A stretch of DNA of 63,120 bases, the filler included, from Octopus bimaculoides (taxonomy: Eukaryota), in assembly GCF_001194135.2 (NCBI RefSeq). It is 3 parts of 3 records of this genome, joined end to end, with 100 filler letters (N's around TTAATTAATTAA, not from the genome) between each part and the next. Parts side by side here need not be neighbours in the genome. Positions count along the whole stretch, not along the records: positions 1 to 31,711 come from NC_068984.1; 2 more parts are not named here. One strand, given 5' to 3'. The notes beneath the pieces were generated by a model, which saw only the letters and a program-made list of their open reading frames with translations, ran no database searches and had not been told where the DNA came from. Below are positions 12,966 through 21,857 of the stretch, piece after piece; the stretch's first letter is position 1; each line of letters begins with the position of its first letter. The translations under genes were made by a program, and so were the position numbers.

Positions 12966-13536
12966 GCAATAAAATGAATGAAAATAATAATGGTTTCAGA
13001 TTCTGTCAGAAGGGCAGCAATCTTGGAGGAGGTGCTTCAATTACATCGATCCCAGTACTCAACTGGTACTTTCTAAAGATGAAATCTTGCAAACCAGATA
13101 ACCATTCACTAATATTAAATCAGGGCAACATGCTAAAAGTAACAGCCAAAACTCATTCAAATCATACTAAACTGAAAGCTAGTGTATCTAGAACTACAAT
13201 ATCTTGTCTGAATTATAAGAGATGATCATAGCTGCTATGGTTTTCGTTGTAAGTCTCAAGGTTATACAAAGGCTACGAAATTGAAAAACTTGAGGGAATT
13301 CATAAATACAATTATCTAACAATTATTGTTGAAAATACAGGAATCAATTATTTTAAACAGTGATGTAAACTATGTATACATAGAGAAAAATGGGAAACCG
13401 TTCCCTGGAATATTGCTACTTTGTACCCGTAAAGTCATGCTCAAATCTATTGATCCCTAAAAAAGATTTTTTTAAAAATCAAATCTAAACTTATTGCATT
13501 AACTAAAATTATAGGATTTAGCTGAAAGTCAGCGTT

Positions 13537-13679
13537 AAGTGTCCCTGGGGTTAAACGGCACACCACAGTCAATGTATGACTGAAATGCTTCCTATCCAGG
13601 ATTTGATGTTATCTCCTGTAAATGTTTACTGGCAGAGATGTAGTCATTAGAGAGGCTACCCTCCGTGGCTGGAGATGCT
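13537..13679 (-). ncRNA. SNORA65: H/ACA snoRNA copy 5
   Basis: Same fold, boxes and guides; ends GGGACACTT. Confidence 0.85.
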
Positions 13680-13843
13680 GCAATAAAACAGACAACAGAA
13701 TAGAAGTTACTATAGGACACTCAACAAAGCCTCACTCCTTAACATTCACAGTATCCTGTCACATGTAATGCCTATTTATTTGTATTGTTTTGAATTAACC
13801 ACGCATTATCTGGTAGCATCGATGTGAATGATATGATTGTTGG

Positions 13844-13927
13844 TTTTAGAATGACACTGCAAGGTAGGTGTGAGAGGCCAGACATTGCCGACCTCTCACT
13901 TCTACCCCCAACAATGTTATTCTGAAA
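13844..13927 (-). other. Long imperfect stem-loop (pri-miRNA-like) in the RPL29 intron
   Basis: AGAAT.ACATTG / GGTAG / GTGAGAGG / TCGG pair with CTGG / CCTCTCAC / CTACC / CAGTGT.ATTCT. Confidence 0.55.
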
Positions 13928-14355
13928 CAAGCAGAATGTTTTGGCCAGGTTAAATGCTAAATGGATTAAACGGACAAAAATTGACATCTCTTTGCATGTC
14001 ACATCCTTATCAAGACTGAAACAAGTTAATGTTAGTATAATAAAAATAAAATAAAAAAATGATTCATTTATTGGCCAGAAGGGCTAATCAGCAGCAGCCT
14101 ACAAGAGTTGAAGGATTTCTGTTGATTCAATTCACAGAAGAAAACATTAATGGCTATCTATGAATTTAGCAAGAGCTACGATAAACAGTTCATAGTAACT
14201 GGATTGAAAAGCCAACACTACATTGCCATGAAGGACACCAGCACCTAAAACACACCTTAATAACACTTAAACGTCATTAGGAAAAGTAAATATTTTAAAA
14301 GTAATTTATTCACTACTTCTGAAATGATTCAGAGAAAAGTTAGGGAATTTACAGG

Positions 14356-14497
14356 ATATGTTCCTGGGGTTAAACGGCACACCACAGTCAATGTATGACT
14401 GAAATGCTTCCTATCCAGGATTTGATGTCATCTCCTGTAAATGTTTACTGGCAGAGATGTAGACATTAGAGAGGCTACCCTCCGTGGCTGGAGATCT
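14356..14497 (-). ncRNA. SNORA65: H/ACA snoRNA copy 6
   Basis: Same fold; basal pair of hairpin 2 is U-A instead of U-G (CCAGGAACATAT). Confidence 0.85.
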
Positions 14498-16387
14498 TTC
14501 AGTAAATCAGATGGGAATATAGGAGGAACACAAGACAAAGAAGTTACCATTGGACATTTGGCAAACAGAGGAACTTGTAACCTAACTGTGATCACAGAGT
14601 TCAAGTACTTCATTCTAATTTAAGATTTCAATATTTAATTAGATAATAAACTAAACAACATTTTTACTGAGTAAGGCCAGTAGTTGTTCATTCACACTAA
14701 ATTAAAAGATATTTTTGTATCTAGAATTACATTAATTATCTAGAATTACATCAATCTGGTCTGAAATCACAGACACAAATGCAACAAATACTATTCAATA
14801 GAAAAACACTGGGAAACTCATTTTATCAAAAGGATGAAAGATAAAGTCGACTTTGGTGGAATTTGAACTCAGAACATAGCAACAGGTGACATACTGCTAA
14901 GCATTTCATCCAGCACGCTAATGATTCTGCCAACTTGCCACCTTAATAATAATATGTAAGAGGAAGAAGTTGATAAACCTTCAATATTCTAAAGATGAAA
15001 TCTTGTAAACCAAATAACCATTCAATAATACTGTATCAGGGCAACATGCTAGAAATAACAGCCAAAACTCATTCAAATCATATTAAAGTGAAGGATGGTG
15101 TATCTAGAACTACATTATCTTGTCTGAATTATAAGAGATGATCATAGCTGCTATGGTTTCGGTTAANNNNNNNNNNNNNNNNNNNNNNNNNNNNNNNNNN
15201 NNNNNNNNNNNNNNNNNNNNNNNNNNNNNNNNNNNNNNNNNNNNNNNNNNNNNNNNNNNNNNNNNNNNNNNNNNNNNNNNNNNNNNNNNNNNNNNNNNNN
15301 NNNNNNNNNNNNNNNNNNNNNNNNNNNNNNNNNNNNNNNNNNNNNNNNNNNNNNNNNNNNNNNNNNNNNNNNNNNNNNNNNNNNNNNNNNNNNNNNNNNN
15401 NNNNNNNNNNNNNNNNNNNNNNNNNNNNNNNNNNNNNNNNNNNNNNNNNNNNNNNNNNNNNNNNNNNNNNNNNNNNNNNNNNNNNNNNNNNNNNNNNNNN
15501 NNNNNNNNNNNNNNNNNNNNNNNNNNNNNNNNNNNNNNNNNNNNNNNNNNNNNNNNNNNNNNNNNNNNNNNNNNNNNNNNNNNNNNNNNNNNNNNNNNNN
15601 NNNNNNNNNNNNNNNNNNNNNNNNNNNNNNNNNNNNNNNNNNNNNNNNNNNNNNNNNNNNNNNNNNNNNNNNNNNNNNNNNNNNNNNNNNNNNNNNNNNN
15701 NNNNNNNNNNNNNNNNNNNNNNNNNNNNNNNNNNNNNNNNNNNNNNNNNNNNNNNNNNNNNNNNNNNNNNNNNNNNNNNNNNNNNNNNNNNNNNNNNNNN
15801 NNNNNNNNNNNNNNNNNNNNNNNNNNNNNNNNNNNNNNNNNNNNNNNNNNNNNNNNNNNNNNNNNNNNNNNNNNNNNNNNNNNNNNNNNNNNNNNNNNNN
15901 NNNNNNNNNNNNNNNNNNNNNNNNNNNNNNNNNNNNNNNNNNNNNNNNNNNNNNNNNNNNNNNNNNNNNNNNNNNNNNNNNNNNNNNNNNNNNNNNNNNN
16001 NNNNNNNNNNNNNNNNNNNNNNNNNNNNNNNNNNNNNNNNNNNNNNNNNNNNNNNNNNNNNNNNNNNNNNNNNNNNNNNNNNNNNNNNNNNNNNNNNNNN
16101 NNNTGACTATTGTATCATTACATCTTTCAACACAGATTTGTCAATACATATCCAAAATTATTGCCTGGTTAAGCATACGCGCTTTTATCTACAGCCAAAC
16201 TGGGATTATCAACTGAAATAATCCATTTATTTCTTTGATCCAAACCACTCATTAGACAGTGGCCAAGCTACAGCTCCACCATAAAGGTCTTAGACAATTA
16301 TGTCAGCCTCACTACTTCATCTATTGATTTCTTTTATTGTCTATCAAATTCCAGTGTTAACCTCCAAAGTCTCAAAGTAGAAGATAC

Positions 16388-16439
16388 CTGCCCTTAACAT
16401 TTTCTAATAAGAATGGACTTCTTCAGCATGGAACCATTT
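16388..16439 (-). other. Candidate 52-nt non-coding/poison cassette exon (b)
   Basis: CTGCAG|AAATGGTTCCATGCTGA...GGGCAG|GTATCT; acceptor 76 nt downstream of snoRNA copy 7. Confidence 0.45.
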
Positions 16440-16515
16440 CTGCAGCAAGTCCTTTAATAGAAAACTAAATCACTTCAAATTCCACGAGACATTAGCATCT
16501 GAAGACAAAATGATA

Positions 16516-16657
16516 AAATGTCCCTGGGGTTAAACGGCACACCACAGTCAATGCATGACTGAAATGCTTCCTATCCAGGATTTGATGTCATCTCCTATAA
16601 ATGTTACTGGCAGAGATGTAGTCATTAGAGAGGCTACCCTCCGTGGCTGGAGATGCT
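16516..16657 (-). ncRNA. SNORA65: H/ACA snoRNA copy 7
   Basis: Same fold, boxes and guides. Confidence 0.85.
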
Positions 16658-17616
16658 GCAATAAAACAGACAGGAATAGACATGGCATGGACGAATACAA
16701 GTTACTATAAAAGATTTGATCAACTTTAGCATTTAATCCAACCAAATTATTCTCTGTTTTAAGTTCAACCTAGCCAGATCTTATGTCTCCTACAATGTAA
16801 TTTTGAGATTATACAATCACATCACTGAAATCTCAATGCCACAAGGTGATGATCAGTTGAAAATAATATGAATAAATAAGCATTACATTTGACAGAGTAA
16901 TTTGAATGCGAAGGCATTAAACACAAGCATTTGACATCCCTATGCAGCCCAGCTCAAGTACTCAAGTCTAAGTAAAAAAATAATTTAAAATGTGAATTTT
17001 ATAAATGTAATTACACAATGGTCATTGCTGTTAATATAACCATCTACCGATGCCAGTACTGCCTGACTGGTCCTCATGCCAGCGGCACATAAAAAGCACC
17101 CACTACACTCTCAGAGTGGTTGGCGTTAGGAAGGGCATCCAGCTGTAGAAACATTGCCAGATCGGATTGGAACCTGGTGCAGCCTTCTGGCTTACCAGCC
17201 CTCAGTCAAACCGTCCAACCCATGCCAGCATGGAAAGCGGATGTTAAATGATAGTGATGATGATGATCTACATCAATTTGTTGTGTAAGTAAATATTGTA
17301 ATCCTGTGAAAAGCAACCAAACCTCACTACCCTCCACCTGCTAACCCAACCAGGTTCAAATGAAACTGTTGACACACAAAACCACAAAACATCCTAAAAG
17401 GACAAAATGTCTGAGTCCTGTGATCGTGCAAAGACTCCATCTTTGAGGGATTTCATCAATAATACTGCTTCGAGGACTTTACTGATCTATTTATTTAACT
17501 GCAAAAATTATGAGTTACCAAGGATACCACAGTTAAAACACACACAGATGGACCTCCACAACAGTTGCATTTCCACTTACAAGTCATCCATCAACACAAG
17601 TCTATACAGAAGTTAC

Positions 17617-17668
17617 CTCATCTGAAAACTATCTCGAGGGAATGGACTTCTTCAGCATGGAACCATTC
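17617..17668 (-). other. Candidate 52-nt non-coding/poison cassette exon (c)
   Basis: TTGCAG|GAATGGTTCCATGCTGA...GATGAG|GTAACT; acceptor 54 nt downstream of copy 8; in frame with the first coding exon it reads R-M-V-P-C-stop. Confidence 0.45.
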
Positions 17669-17722
17669 CTGCAACTAGTCCTCAAGTTCCATGAAACATT
17701 AGCATCCGAAGACAAAATGATA

Positions 17723-17864
17723 AAATGTCCCTGGGGTTAAACGGCACACCACAGTCAATGCATGACTGAAATGCTTCCTATCCAGGATTTGATGTCATCT
17801 CCTATAAATGTTTACTGGCAGAGATGTAGTCATTAGAGAGGCTACCCTCCGTGGCTGGAGATAG
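17723..17864 (-). ncRNA. SNORA65: H/ACA snoRNA copy 8
   Basis: Same fold, boxes and guides; homology ends at the 5' basal stem. Confidence 0.85.
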
Positions 17865-18389
17865 GCAAAAGTGGAAAACTCAGAGCAAACCAAATGTTTA
17901 TACAACTAAAGATGGATGTATGGTTGAGAAACTTGTACCCAAACTGTATAGCCATGTGGGTTTGGGATTCTGCCCCTCTGCATGGCACTTGGGCAAGCAT
18001 CTGCTACCACAGCCTTGTGAGAGGATTTGGTGAATGGAAACTGAAAGAAGCCCATCCGTGCATGTGTGTGTACCCTAGTCTAGACATCACGTGACGGTTA
18101 TAAATGTTCCATCATCATCATCATACAAGCTGTGTTTTCTGTTTCCAGAGTTCCATGAAAAACATGCCTGAGCCATGAGGAATATTAGCATACTTTGGAA
18201 CTGGTGAGAATTGGTGACAAGAAGGGCAACTGGGTGCACAAAATCCAAGAAATTCTGTCTGAACCCTGCTTGCATGGGTCAGATGAAATGAACTCATCCA
18301 GACCCAACATTGGGGGAGACAGACAGAGAGAAAATACACCCAAGTCAAATTCTGAACAACAATAGTAAAAATAAAACAATGATTAACAT

Positions 18390-18554
18390 ATAGGTGCAGG
18401 AGTGGCTGTGTGGTAAGTAGCTTGCTTACCAACCACATGGTTCCGGGTTCAGTCCCACTGCATGGCACCTTGGGCAAGTGTCTTCTACTATAGCCTCGGG
18501 CCGACCAAAGCCTTGTGAGTGGATTTGGTAGACGGAAACTGAAAGAAGCCCGTC

Positions 18555-18628
<74 letters not shown>

Positions 18629-18815
18629 GTGTTTGCGTGTCTGTGTTTGTCCCCCCACCATTGCTTGACAACCGATGGTGGTGTGTTTACCTTTCCTTAA
18701 CTTAGCAGTTCGGTAAAAGAGACCGATAGAATAAGTACTAGGCTTCCAAAGAATAAGTCCTGGGGTCGATTTGCTCGACTAAAGGCGGTGCTCCAGCATG
18801 GCCGCAACAAGTAAA
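18390..18815 (+). mobile_element. SINE family B copy (tRNA-like head GGAGTGGCTGTGTGGTAAG...GGTTCAGTCCC, internal TA microsatellite)
   Basis: Further copies or fragments at about 17905-18065, 23120-23280, 25245-25380, 28245-28370(-), 28985-29330, 34935-35325(-), 37500-37725, 39940-40130(-), 46560-46780(-), 46840-47240(-), 47275-47430, 48385-48570 and 62550-62945(-). Confidence 0.8.
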
Positions 18816-18872
18816 AGAAAATAGAGAAAGAGATAGAAAATAGTAAAAATAATTAAATAAAACGAAACTCAC

Positions 18873-18909
18873 TTTGATTATGATTTGTATGATTCTTTGA
18901 CTTGGCCAT
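18873..18909 (-). CDS. RPL29: 60S ribosomal protein L29, first coding exon
   Basis: ATGGCCAAGTCAAAGAATCATACAAATCATAATCAAA|GTGAGT = MAKSKNHTNHNQ, the invariant eL29 N-terminus; upstream acceptor TTTCCAG. Confidence 0.95.
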
Positions 18910-19164
18910 GTTGTGGAACTGGAAGTCTGGAAATAAAAAGTTACGAGAACACCCTGAATAAACACCATAAAATATATAGTTTATTAAACATACATTTTGA
19001 ATATGTGTGAGCCATAGGGCAAACAATAAAACCCTGATGCTGCTGCTAGCTAAGTTCCCTACTCTATACACTTTTTCGCTCGGTTGAGGAAACTGAAAAT
19101 AAGCACCAGTACAGGCCCAGTAGCCTCAATAAATATAGATTTGGATTATTACTAATCAAAATCT

Positions 19165-19190
19165 GGGGAGAGAGGGCGAGGAGGGAACCT
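19165..19190 (-). promoter_or_regulatory. Possible TCT/5'TOP-like pyrimidine tract for RPL29
   Basis: Minus strand GTTCCCTCCTCGCCCTCTCTCCCC contains YCTYTYY, about 260 nt upstream of the ATG; no convincing donor for a 5' UTR exon was identified. Confidence 0.3.
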
Positions 19191-19966
19191 ACTCCACTCC
19201 CACCTACACACGAAAAATCAGAAGCCCAAAAGTAAACCATTTCTAGTTTTAACTAATTCATTTTATAACAAACTCACAACAGGAGTTTATTTAAATATTT
19301 CTCTTCAGATACTGTCCAAGAAAAACATTTTTTTAAAAAAATTACTATCATTGTTATTTTGAAATGTGGGGACCCTGTTCTGGTGAAATATTTCATTACT
19401 TTTGAGAGAAAAAGTAACTGCCATCAGCCCATCCCACCCCCACTGATGAAAGATAGGAATGAAATAGGTTCTCACCAATGCTGCTATAATATGTAGCAGA
19501 TATATAATGCAAGAATGTTAATAGAACCCTAATGAGAAAGATACAATAATATTAACGAGGTTTTCAATAATTAGGTGTCCAGTATAATAATCTGGTGTTT
19601 TTTTTTTATATTCTAAGATTATAGTTGAAAATCAGCCTCACCAGTTTTATTTCTTTAAAATATTTTACCAGCCTCAAAATCCAAACAGAAGCATCTAATT
19701 TACCAACTTGCAGAGAAGCAGCAGTTCTACTAAGAGAGAAAACCAAAAAGGAAGAAAGGAACCATAATGGAATAGGCTGGTCTATCAGTTTAGTCAGCAG
19801 CCAAGTGCGTAGGATAACTCCTACCACCCCCTACAGCAACAGAATGGAATAATCTGCTAAGTCTACAAGAAGAAGCAACAACGGTGAGTGTGCTTCAGAT
19901 ACAAGGAAGCTATTGATTATAAAAGACTAGGACCATGTATGTTACTGTACCAAAGTGAAGACTAAC

Positions 19967-20132
19967 ATGGCACGAAATGATCCACTCACACATCTTCAGT
20001 CGGACACGAAAGACATTGAGAAACAGAATCTGTCCAGTGCTACCAGTTCCTTGCTTCTCAATGAAACGGAATTGGCTCTTACTTATGTCTCGGTTACTCT
20101 TATAGGAATTATCATCATTACAGGCACCACAG
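19967..20132 (+). CDS. Class A GPCR, coding exon 1 (N-terminus with NLS/NET glycosylation sequons, most of TM1)
   Basis: MARND...YVSVTLIGIIIITGTT-G|GTAAGT; the phase-1 junction recreates the TM1 GN motif with the next exon. Confidence 0.8.
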
Positions 20133-20460
20133 GTAAGTCTTCAGTTTTTAATTCCCTTTAACAAAACATGGTCACAATTTATTTTATCTTAGAGTGCTCA
20201 AGTATACAGAAGGCTAACTTTTTAACAATGCTACAAAAGCCAGACCCAGCAATTTCTATTTCGCTGTGCTTCATTAAAATCAGACTCTACTCCTCTCAAT
20301 GCCTCGATCTCTTTTTTTATTTGAAACCCCTTTGATAGTATATTTCTGTTGCATTGCTTTTGCCTCAATTCATTTGGGGAAATGACAAAGAATTTAAACT
20401 GGAGTTGGTTTGGAGCAAAATGGTATCAAGAGGGTTTGAGCAGTTGTCACAGAATATACA

Positions 20461-20688
20461 TTAACCCTTTAGTGTTTAAACCGACTGTATCCGGCCCAGA
20501 TATTCTACACATTTTATGCTCAAACTGGCCAGAACCAGCCTCTCACACATACCCTGCAATGTCATTCTAGAAATAAGCAATTACATCTTTCCTATCTTGA
20601 AGCTACGAAATAATATCAGACAATTCTTTTTAAATGTGAATAAATAAGGACTACTTTTGACAAATTATTCTGAATGCTAAAGGGTTAA
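20461..20688. mobile_element. piggyBac-type MITE (TTAA-CCCTTTAG...CTAAAGGG-TTAA)
   Basis: Perfect terminal inverted repeats with TTAA at both ends; a decayed relative lies at about 16725-16920. Confidence 0.75.
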
Positions 20689-21791
20689 TAGCTTTGATAG
20701 GCTATTAAGCTGTGAACGTCTATTCTTATTCACAAATTGTTACCAAATCTAAGATTGTGTGTGTGTGCGCGCTTGTGCACATGCATGTATGTGTGTATCA
20801 ACTGACTGAAAACAATTAAGCACTTATAGATAGTGATGGTGGAACTATGACATTTAGAGGAATAAAACTCCATCAATATTTATTTGACAGGGATTAGTCT
20901 TTCACTGCCAACAGAATCAAGTTGAATAAACTGCTGAAGGTAAAACATGCAGTCCCAACTTATCCCTCTAAATGAAAGAGAGAGAAACACACACACACAC
21001 ACACAACAGCGATCCTAGATTACTCACATGTTCCTCACCAATGAATGAGATGGTAAAATAATGATAAGCAGGCCAAAACTGATGCTTCCCACACCAACCA
21101 TGGACAATTAATAGGTATTAACCAACATTCATATTTAGAAGAATATTACGGAAATTAGTTAATATTGAGTTGATGGTAGCAAAAAATTATATTAATAGAT
21201 CAAACAGTGGAATATAGTTTATTTTTGTAAGAAGAAATCTGGTCTTCAGAGAGGAAAATGTGTAAAAGGGCACAAAATTGTAAATTTCAAAATAAGAGAG
21301 AGAGAGTGAGAGAGAGAGAGAGAGAAGATGCATGGAAGAAAAGAACAGATACAAGAATTAAAGCAATGCGAGAATCAATACTAGAATATTTTGGTATTTA
21401 TAGTGGCAAACACAGGTGTTTGTTGGTATTATTAAGTTGGGCCCCAAAGCAATAATATGTAAAACTTTTACTGTAATCAAATAACTCAAAATTGAATTTA
21501 TAGAAGGCTATCTTCATTACAATTATGATAGTGAAATAAAATTAAACTTCATTAAAAGGTAGAATTGTAAGGAGGAAGGAATTAGGGAGCCAGAAGGGAA
21601 CAAAAGTTGGGAGTATATGTATATAGAGGAAAGGAGGCATATAAACACAGGTGTTACTTAAAGCAGAGAATAATAGTAGAGTATCAACACACACACACAC
21701 ACATGTATACAACACCTTTCCAGCTGTCATAAAGTCAGATTTGTGATTTTAAAAATATTTTTTTAGGCTTGCATGCCACTGAAACTTTTTT

Positions 21792-21857
<66 letters not shown>

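Noticed and set aside
8916-17864. CRISPR or SINE interpretation of the repeated ~142-nt unit
   Set aside because: Eukaryotic context, unit too long, irregular spacers, no cas genes, no A/B boxes, tail or TSDs; confined to one intron in one orientation with H/ACA hallmarks.
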